From Minisyncoccota bacterium (GTDB lineage: Bacteria; Patescibacteriota; Minisyncoccia; Minisyncoccales; JAQTVQ01), in the NCBI GenBank assembly GCA_041657385.1, contig JBBABZ010000004.1, positions 1,867 to 65,866 on the forward strand: a DNA stretch of 64,000 nt, given 5' to 3'. Numbering within the stretch: the first letter of the stretch is position 1; every line of letters starts with the position of its first letter. The position numbers were made by a program, and so were the translations under genes. The notes under the pieces are model-generated. The model did not search any database and was not told where the DNA came from. It was given only the letters and a program-made list of their open reading frames with translations. Below are positions 16,786 to 25,790 of the stretch, piece by piece.

Positions 16786-17987
16786 ACAGGCTCGGGCTTT
16801 CCGTCGTTAACCTTGCACGACTTGCACAAATTATGTTTTTTTAAAAACGATTCCGTTTCTTCTCTTAACTCGCCTAAGATCATTTTTTGATCGTATTTTT
16901 CGATATCGTTCATTGGCTTGCTTCGATCCATAACGCACGAAAACAATATTCCCGAAGGGCTGACGGAAATTCTTTTTCTGGTGCCGCAACCATAGTATCT
17001 AGCCTCTGGGATTGATTTTTTAGTGCTAAGCAGCCCATTTCTCACATTTTCGTCTTTCAAATATTTTTTCAATTGATCGGCTAAATTTATTTTTTCTAAT
17101 TTATTAATGGCGGCTCCTCCTGTATTTATAGTGGGCCGGATATGTATTGTGGTATTGTAGCGTTTTGCTACGGCTATCATCTCTTCTATGCAGCTGATAT
17201 TCTCTTGGTTCAGAGTAGAAATTAAATATACTTTTATCCCTTTTTTTGAAATAAAATCCAGCCCGGAAACGACTTTATCGTATAAGCCCGGGCGTTGGCG
17301 AACGCGATTGTGGGTTTCTCCGATCCCGTCAATGCTTACAGCCAATCCTAAGCCTCTTTTTAGCACGGCAATCAATCCGTCATCAATATCTTTAAGATAT
17401 TCGCCGTTAGTTACGACGTAAAAATGAAGGCCTTGATCTTCTATGTAGGATAGTATTTTATCAAGATCTTTTCTTAATAACGGCTCCCCTCCGGTAACTT
17501 CAAACAATCCAATGCCGAGTTCTTTAAGTTTGCGGACCCGCCTGAAAATATCTTCAATGGGCGGCGTATAGCCGTCAAGGTCCGCTTTATGGTAGCACAT
17601 TATGCAATCGCAATTGCACGATGAGGTAACTTCTAAAAGAACCTGTGTTGGCAAACCGTTCTCTTCAACGAACATCTCACGGTATTTTTCATCCGTTTGG
17701 CGATCTTCCAGGATGACTTTGTTTTCTAATAATAATGATAACGTTTCCGTTGCCAGCCCTTTCGCGGGAAAAGATCTCTTTCTCAACAAATCGCTTAACT
17801 CGTTGTCAGCGCGAATAAACGTCGAATAAAGCATCGGCGGAGTGATTGTCGCACCGCCAGGTTCATAGCGGACTATTGCCTGCGGATTCAGATAATAAAT
17901 ACGATCGTCTTGGCATAATGTTTTTTTCGTTTTTTTCACCTTTGAGATGCAAGGTACGCCAAGATGATGCAAAAATATCGCTTCCAT
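16737..17987 (-). CDS. Radical SAM/SPASM enzyme with ~110-aa N-terminal RRE-like extension
   Basis: It has CNCDCIMC and C-terminal CGTRK..CVMD..CKSCKVNDGKPEPVCGGFCRF. The N-terminal segment YYLNPQAIVRYEPGG..LSDLLRKR..LSLLLENKVILED resembles PqqD. Confidence 0.85.
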   Translation of the reverse strand: MEAIFLHHLGVPCISKVKKTKKTLCQDDRIYYLNPQAIVRYEPGGATITPPMLYSTFIRADNELSDLLRKRSFPAKGLATETLSLLLENKVILEDRQTDEKYREMFVEENGLPTQVLLEVTSSCNCDCIMCYHKADLDGYTPPIEDIFRRVRKLKELGIGLFEVTGGEPLLRKDLDKILSYIEDQGLHFYVVTNGEYLKDIDDGLIAVLKRGLGLAVSIDGIGETHNRVRQRPGLYDKVVSGLDFISKKGIKVYLISTLNQENISCIEEMIAVAKRYNTTIHIRPTINTGGAAINKLEKINLADQLKKYLKDENVRNGLLSTKKSIPEARYYGCGTRKRISVSPSGILFSCVMDRSKPMNDIEKYDQKMILGELREETESFLKKHNLCKSCKVNDGKPEPVCGGFCRFSQSYLKGL

Positions 17988-17994
17988 AATTTTT

Positions 17995-18992
17995 TTAGTT
18001 TACGTTTTCAAAAATTTTATCCAGTTCAGTGCAGCAAGAAGGGCAAGCTATATCAATATCGGTCAGCATCCTTAAACCGTCCTCGCGTTCGATGATCCCA
18101 AAGCGCACTCTTTCGGCTAAATATTCAAGAATAATGGGAAATTTTTGGATGGAATCTTTTATGGAGATGTTCCTTTCCCCTCCAAGGGCGTTATAGAAAA
18201 ATACGCCAGGAATAAGGCAATCCGTATCATACCCTCCGCAATCGGGATTGGTCCATGGAATATTATTTTTTTCGATGAATTGGCGATTTTTTTCTTTGTT
18301 TGTATTAAAGGCATATCCTCCCCTGATAATAGTTATGCCGCTTGGTTTTTTCCAAGATAAAGAATATTTTCCATCCTCTCTTATCTTTGGCGTATCTCCG
18401 CCGGTGAAAAGTTCGGTGTATCCCCTCTCTTCCATAACATCGCTATACGTTGCGTCTATCATCGAATTGCAGATTTTTCCGCAAGGCAAAACATTAGCTT
18501 CTTTACATTTTTTATAAACAGCCATTGTCGCAGTCGGTTTTCCGGTTACGGCTAAAACTTTGGGATTATTTTGTTTTTTTTGAGAAATATCAACAAAGAA
18601 ATGGTTGTCAATTTTAAAATGATTGATGACTTTTTCAATATTTTGTCGGGTTGTATCCCCTTTTACGCCTGTTTTAATTGTGAATGATTCAAGCTTGATC
18701 CCTCTTTTTTGCATTCTTTTGACAATAAAGCAAGCACAACAGTGCTATCAAGGCCTCCTGAATAGGCAAAGATAACTTTGTTATGGCCTTTTAAATATTC
18801 ATCAAATTCTCGATCAAAATATTTTCTATCGGGGAAACGGAGAGGAGATAAAAAATCTGCGCAAATTTCGCATAACAAACGGCCGCCGCGTTCTACGAAT
18901 TGCAGGGTTTTTCCATTGGAAGGGTTTATCGCGCCTAGACCAAAAGGGTTGACGCAGTGATCGCAAAATTTTTTTATTTTTGACGTTGTCAT
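17995..18992 (-). pseudogene. PP-loop (adenine nucleotide alpha-hydrolase) ATPase with N-terminal zinc ribbon, split by a frameshift in an A6 run
   Basis: ORF 18663-18992 has CDHC..CEIC and the PP-loop motif FAYSGGLDSTV. The reading continues sensibly only in the frame of ORF 17995-18714 (..ECKK|RGIKLESFTIKTG..). The switch point is the homopolymer at 18705-18710. Confidence 0.65.
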
Positions 18993-19028
18993 ATTCCGAT
19001 TACGTCTAAAATTAATTCGAATGACTGA

Positions 19029-19183
19029 TATTTAACAAAAAACTCCGCCATAGCAGAGCTTTTAAGCAAGTTTTATAAAATTTAAAAATGTTTTTATCCC
19101 CGAATTTTTATTGGCTAATTTTATTGGGTTTAGCTCTGCCATGTTCCATCATCCTCTTATTTTTCGGGCTTTTTGTCAATTTT
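19029..19183. repeat. Right copy of the ~155-bp direct repeat, containing a fossil gene end (..KIDKKPEK-stop)
   Basis: It aligns with 12254-12409. Positions 19157-19183 on the minus strand read KIDKKPEK-stop, compared with EIDKKTEK-stop in paralog 7. Confidence 0.75.
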
Positions 19184-19274
19184 TATATCTTTAAGCCAAT
19201 TTTTGATCGGTTTATTGACCAGCATTTCTGGCTTCCCTTCAAACTCAATAAAAAAACCAAAAGGGAGTTCTTTC

Positions 19275-20024
19275 TTATTTTACGCCGACAACGTATATAC
19301 TGCCAAACCTTCTTTTAGGGTTGGCAATTTTTTTGTCAAAATTCCATTTTTTAATGCTTGAAAAACCGGCTTCCCTCAAAAGAAAATCAAGCTTTTCGTA
19401 ATCATATGTCCAAATATGAGGATTATACTTTTCGCTATCGTCTTGATCCCGGAAGTGATAATTCAATAGATCAATGTAAGTGTTTATATGGCCGAGGAAA
19501 TCTCTTTTCGAGTACCACTTATCAATAACATCTTTATAAAATTTAAGATTTTGTTGAAGATAGTTTTTAGCAATCAATTTTCCGTCAGGCACTCCGATTA
19601 TCATTTTACCTTTTGGTTCCAATATTCTGTGGCATTCTTTCAGGATTTTTTTTACAGATAAAGGATAATCGATATGCTCCAAGAAATGTTCGGAAAAAAT
19701 TAGCTCGGAGCATCCGTCTTCTATAGGCAGCCCTTTTCTAACGTCGCAGATAAGCTCGGCTGGAGGAAAGATATCAATATTCAAAAATCCTTTCAAGGCG
19801 TGCGCCCCTCCCCCAATTTGTATTTTTTTGAAGTTGTAACTGTTTTTTTCCTTCCCCCATTTTTTCCTTCCCCTTTCGTCATTTTCATATACCAAGATCT
19901 CTTTTGATAAATGAGCTATTTCTTTTTTTATGCCGCTCGGCAGATTTTTTTCTTTTGAGAAAGCTTTCAACAATTTTTTTGTCTCTGATATTTTTTTCAG
20001 TTTTTTATCAATATAGCCGTCCAT
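19275..20024 (-). CDS. SAM-dependent methyltransferase (Methyltransf_11-like)
   Basis: It contains IGGGAHALKGFLNIDI, FSEHFLEHIDYP and ECHRILEPKGKMIIGVPD. Confidence 0.75.
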   Translation of the reverse strand: MDGYIDKKLKKISETKKLLKAFSKEKNLPSGIKKEIAHLSKEILVYENDERGRKKWGKEKNSYNFKKIQIGGGAHALKGFLNIDIFPPAELICDVRKGLPIEDGCSELIFSEHFLEHIDYPLSVKKILKECHRILEPKGKMIIGVPDGKLIAKNYLQQNLKFYKDVIDKWYSKRDFLGHINTYIDLLNYHFRDQDDSEKYNPHIWTYDYEKLDFLLREAGFSSIKKWNFDKKIANPKRRFGSIYVVGVK

Positions 20025-21438
20025 AATTATTTTTTTGAGATATTATCTGATGATCTTTGTTTCTCATTGATGTAAATTTAAGGTCGACAAGTTTCGGGAC
20101 TATATTGATTTTCGTTCTTTCTTTCGGCTCCAGATAGGCGCATCCGTTTTTGTCATAGATGCGGCTTGTGAAAATTTCATAATCAAGATTAGTATAAGCC
20201 GGATTTATTCCAACTTCGCCTTTGGGCATTATTCCATTGAAAGGGATGACGATATCCATATGGTTCCAATAATTCCAAATTTGTAAAGCTTTATATTGGT
20301 CGAAATAAAAATAAAAATAGGGGTATCTTTTGAAGGTTCTTAGCTCGCGATGTATCAAATGGCCCAATAATGGCGCCATATATCCGGCAAGACAGTCAAA
20401 ATTACATTGGATTTTGTTCCAGTCCGTTAGGCAAGCTTTATTGTCAAACAGGCGTGCATTAGTTAGAAAACAGAGCCGCTTGATGACATAATCTATAAAA
20501 TTTCCTTTATCGAAATTTTTAAAGATGAGATTTTTGTCGAGATAATCGATCACTTCTTCGATCTTTGGATGGAATTGCCGGAGGCTGAAATTTTGCGCCA
20601 GTTGCGGAGAAAGATCAGGAACAATATTTTTATAAGACGGACTGAAAAATTCCCCCATTTTTTTATACAAAACAGAGCTTGCATTATCTTGGAAAAGCAT
20701 AATATATTCGGATATTATTTCAAAATAGAAATACCCCAATATTGGCAGATGATCAATCGCCGAATAAAGAGCTTTTAAAAATTTATTGCTGTCTATTTTC
20801 TGGCCATGGCAATACATTTTATTGCAAAAACCAAGGTAATCCATAGATCTGCTGATTCGCTGAGTACAAATTTTTTCAAGGGATTCCCTTTCCCGAAAAG
20901 ATAAGAGATACTCAAGCCGGCGATAAATATCAAAATGGATATTGCCGAGCCGTAAATAATCTATGCCGGATAGTTTGTTTTTCCCAATATTGGGGAGATT
21001 TATTTTTACTATAAGCACATTCAATAGATCGCTAGTCCCTGCGCCTAAAAGCCTGGGCATTTCTTTTTTAAGAATGTATTCTCCAAGATTGTGAAGGCGC
21101 ATTTTTCCGTTTTTTTCTTCGATGGGGACGCAATAAATTCCTCCGACCAGACAGCCGCCGCTGGGATACAAGTTATTTTGCTCTAAAATATTGTGTAAAT
21201 TCGGAGTGATATGGGCGAGATAAACGGTGTTTTTTCGCAAGCTTTTAAAAAAAGAGTTATCAGCCAGCAATTTTCCATTCGGGGTGTTATGTATCGCTTC
21301 GTTGCGCCAGATGTTTTCATCAGCGGCGATCTTATCATTGGGATCGATGGAATTGTTCGTAAATTTATCATAAAAGACATGAGCTTCTGCCCATTTCGAT
21401 AAATCATTTTTTAGTTTTTCCATATTTTCCATGATCAA
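20008..21438 (-). CDS. Hypothetical 476-aa protein, translationally coupled to both neighbours
   Basis: The ORF is long and uninterrupted. It overlaps the methyltransferase by 17 nt and the HD gene by 4 nt. No motif was recognised. Confidence 0.6.
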   Translation of the reverse strand: MIMENMEKLKNDLSKWAEAHVFYDKFTNNSIDPNDKIAADENIWRNEAIHNTPNGKLLADNSFFKSLRKNTVYLAHITPNLHNILEQNNLYPSGGCLVGGIYCVPIEEKNGKMRLHNLGEYILKKEMPRLLGAGTSDLLNVLIVKINLPNIGKNKLSGIDYLRLGNIHFDIYRRLEYLLSFRERESLEKICTQRISRSMDYLGFCNKMYCHGQKIDSNKFLKALYSAIDHLPILGYFYFEIISEYIMLFQDNASSVLYKKMGEFFSPSYKNIVPDLSPQLAQNFSLRQFHPKIEEVIDYLDKNLIFKNFDKGNFIDYVIKRLCFLTNARLFDNKACLTDWNKIQCNFDCLAGYMAPLLGHLIHRELRTFKRYPYFYFYFDQYKALQIWNYWNHMDIVIPFNGIMPKGEVGINPAYTNLDYEIFTSRIYDKNGCAYLEPKERTKINIVPKLVDLKFTSMRNKDHQIISQKNNYGRLY

Positions 21439-22166
21439 TTTAAGGGCTTTAAAGATTGAAAAATACTTTCAATATTATCTTTGCCATCAAGATATAAGCT
21501 CTCGCTTGATAGAACAAGATCATACGCTGTTTTTTTGATGCCGCACGAAGGGGCAATCGCTAGTCTTTTTTCATCAATCCACCATTTGATCTTCGGCAGA
21601 CGATAGCGGTCTAGGGCGTCGGCTGTTTTTAAGATATCTGTGATGTATCTGTGCTTGATATAAAAATTTTCTTTTTCCAGCAAATTGCAAGGAATCTCGT
21701 GTAATTTGACGGCGGTTGAAATTTCTTCAATATCTTTCCCCTCAAGCTTCAATTTAAATTGTTTTTCGACTGCTTTAATGTTTGATAAAAACCAACTTGA
21801 CGATCTCTCGCCATGGCCTGGATCTTCTTTATCTTCCAGCCGACGTATATCGTGCAGCATCGCCGAGATTATTATGTTGGTTTTTTGAGCGGCAGCCATT
21901 TTTTCGCATAACAGCGCGGCATATATCGCAACTCTTAGGATATGACGCAGGCCGTGGATCGTATCGATTTTCTTATAATTAAAAAACCAATCGCTGCAAG
22001 GCGTATATTTGATGAGCAGGGCAATATCGTTTTTTGATATTTTCGGGAAAGAGCCGTAAAAAGGATCGAAATTTGGCTTATTATCCTTTATCCAATCAAG
22101 GGTCTCCCGATCCATATATTGTTCGGCTGGCAACTTCCCAAGACGTGCTGATTCGATGAGGCTCAT
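21435..22166 (-). CDS. HD-domain phosphohydrolase
   Basis: It contains GLRHILRV..AMLHDIRRLEDKEDPGHGERS (an H..HD..D metal-binding pattern). Confidence 0.75.
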   Translation of the reverse strand: MSLIESARLGKLPAEQYMDRETLDWIKDNKPNFDPFYGSFPKISKNDIALLIKYTPCSDWFFNYKKIDTIHGLRHILRVAIYAALLCEKMAAAQKTNIIISAMLHDIRRLEDKEDPGHGERSSSWFLSNIKAVEKQFKLKLEGKDIEEISTAVKLHEIPCNLLEKENFYIKHRYITDILKTADALDRYRLPKIKWWIDEKRLAIAPSCGIKKTAYDLVLSSESLYLDGKDNIESIFQSLKPLN

Positions 22167-22169
22167 TTT

Positions 22170-22622
22170 TTATTTCCTAGAGGTTTTCCCTATTTGCGGA
22201 TAGAGTTCGCTAAGATTTATTTTTAAAATTCTTGATCTGTCCCAGGCGGCGCAGATAAAAGGGAGATCTTCCAATCCGAAGTCATTTATTGATTCAAAAA
22301 ACATTTCCAGGCAAACTCCGCAAGGAGTGCATATCAAATCGTCGCTCCATCCGCTTCTATTAAATTTCCCAACTAAAACGCAAATTTTTGGCGTTTGTTT
22401 TTTAAACCAGACCGAATCCATTGCCATACGTTCAGCACAAGTCGAACCAATAACCCTCGAGCGGACGTTAGTTGCGCCGACATGTATATTTCCGTTGGCG
22501 TCCAATATAGCGCAACCGACTTTATGTCCTTTGTCGGATATGGAATTTTCCGCTGATTTAAAAGCTTTTTCGACTAAAAACAAATCTTCTTTGTTTAAAC
22601 TTGAAAATTTGAGAAAATCCAT
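22170..22622 (-). CDS. cdd: Cytidine deaminase-like zinc enzyme
   Basis: It contains CAERMA and CTPCGVCLE (the CAE / PCxxC zinc-binding signature) in 150 aa. Confidence 0.8.
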   Translation of the reverse strand: MDFLKFSSLNKEDLFLVEKAFKSAENSISDKGHKVGCAILDANGNIHVGATNVRSRVIGSTCAERMAMDSVWFKKQTPKICVLVGKFNRSGWSDDLICTPCGVCLEMFFESINDFGLEDLPFICAAWDRSRILKINLSELYPQIGKTSRK

Positions 22623-22830
22623 AGTTTTAATAAATAAAAATCGATTAGCGGCGCCATGACCGTTTTCGAATATTAGCCTAAGATAAATAAAGTTTTGTTT
22701 ATCTTAGACATATATGTATGTTTTTGTCAATTTTTTTAGCGACCTTATCACCCCTGAACAAATACGTTTTATTTGTTTCTCTTGCCATGTTTTGATAGTA
22801 TGAATAAAAATTAAAGATAAAAATAGAAAT

Positions 22831-23451
22831 ATGAATTTAAAGAAAATCGTTAAAAACAGAGTCTATTTTGTCGGCGGAATTAATGGTGTTGGAAAATCAA
22901 CTCTTGTGAATGAATTTTTGAAAAACGAGAAAGGCTTTCTTGCGATTAAGGGGTCGCAGTATTTTATGGAATGGCTTGGACTCCGATCTGGCGATTATGA
23001 GTCCTTGCAAAACATGCCTCATGAAAAGAAAAATGAAGAATTGGGTAAAATGGTAGAGTATTTAATCTACGACTTGCCGGCCGATAACAAGCCCATTTTG
23101 ATGGATATTCATTATCTAAGGATAGTCAACGGAGAAATAAGCCGCGTTCTTAATGATTGGGTGTCATTATCGAGCGGTATGTTTTTTATTGCCGGCAATT
23201 CAAAGATTATTTTGGAAAGACAAAAAAAAGATCTTTTAGCGGCAGGGAGAGACAGAAAAATGTTTCCCTCTAATGTTCTTGAAAAAGACAAGGAAAGCTT
23301 GATAGAAAAATATCAAAAAGAAACATTGCAGGAGGTAAAAAGGGTTTCGGATAAATTTGGCATCCCCTATTTTGTAATTAATAATATCCAATTGGAAAAA
23401 GCATCAAACGAATTAAAAATTATTTTGAACAAACTTGAAGCTGGCGTTTGA
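22831..23451 (+). CDS. P-loop NTPase / nucleoside(-phosphate) kinase-like protein
   Basis: It has the Walker A motif GGINGVGKST near the N-terminus and is about 200 aa long. Confidence 0.6.
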   Translation: MNLKKIVKNRVYFVGGINGVGKSTLVNEFLKNEKGFLAIKGSQYFMEWLGLRSGDYESLQNMPHEKKNEELGKMVEYLIYDLPADNKPILMDIHYLRIVNGEISRVLNDWVSLSSGMFFIAGNSKIILERQKKDLLAAGRDRKMFPSNVLEKDKESLIEKYQKETLQEVKRVSDKFGIPYFVINNIQLEKASNELKIILNKLEAGV

Positions 23452-23512
23452 TCTTTTTATGCTATTGTATTAAGACGTATAAAAAAGTAAAATAATTCAT
23501 TAATATACCAAT

Positions 23513-24079
23513 ATGCTAGATCAAAAAAGGAACATAGAAATAGAATTTCGTTCTATCTTTGATGAAAATCGCTACAATGAGTTGCGCCGGTTTTTGGACG
23601 AAAAAGCGCAGCTGCTCGGAGAAGACGATAAGGATGTTTTTTTCTTCACTTTGTCGGACAGGTTGCTGAAAGTGGTAAATAATATTTCGAAAGATAATGC
23701 CAAGATAGTTCTAAAACTTAATAGAATAGGCAAAGGAAGCGATTTCGAAGAAATTGACCTATCTCTTTCTCGGGACCAAGTCGACCAAGCTGTAAATATT
23801 TTTACAAAGTTAGATATCGCTGATAATATTATGCATTCTTTCCAGAAGAGAACCAATTATATCTATCACGATGTTGAAATTGCTTTGAAACATAGCGACG
23901 TATGGGGATATCATCTTGAGCTTGAGATAGTCGTTGACGATGAATCTAAAAAACAGTCCGCTGAACAGAAAATTAAAGAAGTGGCGGAAGAGCTTAAGAT
24001 CCATTTAATGACGGATCAAGAGCTTGCTGATTTTACCAAAAACGCGACGGAAAAATACAAACAAAATACTTCTAAATAA
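23513..24079 (+). CDS. CYTH-domain protein (triphosphate tunnel metalloenzyme-like)
   Basis: It has an N-terminal IEIEFR motif (of EXEXK type) and alternating acidic/basic beta-strand motifs (LELEIVV). Confidence 0.55.
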   Translation: MLDQKRNIEIEFRSIFDENRYNELRRFLDEKAQLLGEDDKDVFFFTLSDRLLKVVNNISKDNAKIVLKLNRIGKGSDFEEIDLSLSRDQVDQAVNIFTKLDIADNIMHSFQKRTNYIYHDVEIALKHSDVWGYHLELEIVVDDESKKQSAEQKIKEVAEELKIHLMTDQELADFTKNATEKYKQNTSK

Positions 24080-24130
24080 AATTACATTTTTTATCTAATC
24101 TAAAACGGGCATCGATGATGCCCGTTTTTT

Positions 24131-24739
24131 TTAATTACTTCCGAAGAAGTAAAGAATTTCTCTTTCCGTGTTCTCTTCATTGTCAGAAGAATGAACAGCA
24201 TTATGCATACCATCCGTTCCAAATCTTTTCCTCAAAGAATTTTTTGGATTCTTATCGGGATAAGGATTTCCAGCTAGCGCGTGTAATATTTCGGCCGATG
24301 ATCCTTCTCTGCACAGTATTATCAACTCTGCTGGAGCTGAACTCATAAAAGAGATAAAATCCTTAAAGTAGTCCCTTTTTATGTGCGCCGGATACAAAAA
24401 ACATATGTCTTTTCTATCTAGCATTCTCTTCTCCCTTTTTATCGGGATGAATGCGTATTTTTTGATTTCCTTGACTATTTTTTCTGTGTAGCCGTTTAAT
24501 ACGGCATCCGGTTTTATAAGCAGAAAGCTTAAATTTTTTTCTGCCTCATCCTTTGGGACGATTTTCAGCCATGAAGGCAAATAAGCCTTTTCCGCAGAAA
24601 TTGGTCTGCATTTTTTTAGCGTTTTTATCGCCTTCTTCCCGATATAATATGCATTTTTTGACTTTATATTGCATATTATTCCCCTTCCTTTTTCTTCTAT
24701 TAAAAAACAAAACGGACTAATATGTAATATTTTATTCAT
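24131..24739 (-). CDS. Nucleoside diphosphate kinase-like protein with ~70-aa N-terminal extension
   Basis: It contains FLLIKPDAV, LRKRFG and NAVHSSDNEENTEREILYFF (NDK active-site His context). Confidence 0.65.
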   Translation of the reverse strand: MNKILHISPFCFLIEEKGRGIICNIKSKNAYYIGKKAIKTLKKCRPISAEKAYLPSWLKIVPKDEAEKNLSFLLIKPDAVLNGYTEKIVKEIKKYAFIPIKREKRMLDRKDICFLYPAHIKRDYFKDFISFMSSAPAELIILCREGSSAEILHALAGNPYPDKNPKNSLRKRFGTDGMHNAVHSSDNEENTEREILYFFGSN

Positions 24740-24801
24740 ATTTTTTAAATGAGCTGCATCTCGATTAATAAACCGGGATGTCTCGGTTATTGATCATGCC
24801 C

Positions 24802-24856
24802 AATATAATGATTTATAGGCAATTTGTCAAGGAAATCGGGTAATGTGCAAGGACAT
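24802..24856 (-). promoter_or_regulatory. Sigma70-type promoter (TTGACA-17-TATATT) with a conserved 18-nt upstream element
   Basis: On the minus strand the -35 is at 24830-24825 and the -10 at 24807-24802. ATGTCCTTGCACATTACC lies at 24856-24839, 8 nt upstream of the -35. The promoter points at gene 24131-24739. Confidence 0.6.
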
Positions 24857-25002
24857 ATTGCACCTTTTTTGCTAAGCTGAAGGACTAAAAACCAGGCTTA
24901 AGGCCTGGAATGAGTAATACTGACATTGCGGACTTAACGGACTCACTCCGAACGAAGCGTTGAGGGTGCAAAATGTCCGGACCTAAAACATGTTTCAACA
25001 AG

Positions 25003-25320
25003 TCAATCCTTTATCGGCTTATTGACCAGCTTTAAAATTTCGTCGAAATTGTCTTCGGGCAGGGATTTTACTTTGTATTTGTAGCCGCATTTCTGGCATT
25101 GGTAATAAATGATATATTCCCTGCCGCTTTTTCTGGGCTCGGCCGCTATCGGCTCCATTGCTCCCCCGCAAGTTGCCTGGCGGTCGCCGGGGTTGATATC
25201 AACATGTTTTGACCAAAGGCATTTATAACAATGGTCGTTGTATCCTTTGCCGATATTTTCGGTTCCGCATTTTTCGCAGATAAAATTTTCCACTCTTTTT
25301 TGAAATTTTTTAGTTTCCAT
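25003..25320 (-). CDS. RNHCP-like zinc-ribbon protein
   Basis: It contains CEKCG..NDHCYKCLWSKHVD..CGG..CQKCG. The pattern matches my recollection of the RNHCP domain. Confidence 0.5.
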   Translation of the reverse strand: METKKFQKRVENFICEKCGTENIGKGYNDHCYKCLWSKHVDINPGDRQATCGGAMEPIAAEPRKSGREYIIYYQCQKCGYKYKVKSLPEDNFDEILKLVNKPIKD

Positions 25321-25435
25321 TGATTTTTAAAATCTTTAATTTAAACGTTTATATTATAAGGCATTGTTGTTTTTTGATACAGTATTCGTTTTTTAACAAA
25401 TAAATAGGAGGCCTTGCAATAGGCCTCCTTCATAT

Positions 25436-25711
25436 TTAAATCCTTTTTTTTAGAATTATTACTTGTTCCTTATTTTCTGAAAGCCTTCCCAAATTGCATT
25501 CTTCCAACATTTTCAAATATCTTTTTATTTTTTTGAAATGTTTTTTAGGGACTCTGGATTTTATTTCTTCCAGACTTAGCTCTGTGTCTCCTTTCATTAA
25601 TATCTTTGCGTTCTCTTTGCTAAGAGAATAAGATTCTTTATCTTCCAAGTCGTATAATGTCGCTTTTCCGCCCCTGCCGCCAATCAAAAAATAGGTAGTA
25701 TTGGATTCCAT
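25436..25711 (-). CDS. Hypothetical 91-aa protein
   Basis: The ORF has its own promoter (25791-25819) and a downstream hairpin, AGGAGGCC-N7-AGGCCTCCT, at about 25406-25430. Confidence 0.5.
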   Translation of the reverse strand: MESNTTYFLIGGRGGKATLYDLEDKESYSLSKENAKILMKGDTELSLEEIKSRVPKKHFKKIKRYLKMLEECNLGRLSENKEQVIILKKRI

Positions 25712-25790
25712 AAAATTATATTTGATCTATAAAAGAGCTATCTTTGGCTGGTAAGCCGAGGATAGCTCGGTTTACCAATCAAGTTTATTT

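Noticed and set aside
12254-19183. The repeat-bounded 6.8-kb segment considered as a classical mobile element
   Set aside because: No integrase, transposase, terminal inverted repeats or tRNA target were found. I keep it only as a repeat-flanked cassette hypothesis.
19160-19228. A 22-aa minus-strand ORF, MLVNKPIKNWLKDIKIDKKPEK, downstream of the 19275 methyltransferase
   Set aside because: Its last 8 codons are simply the fossil end of a sensor paralog inside the direct repeat. No promoter or conservation argument supports expression.
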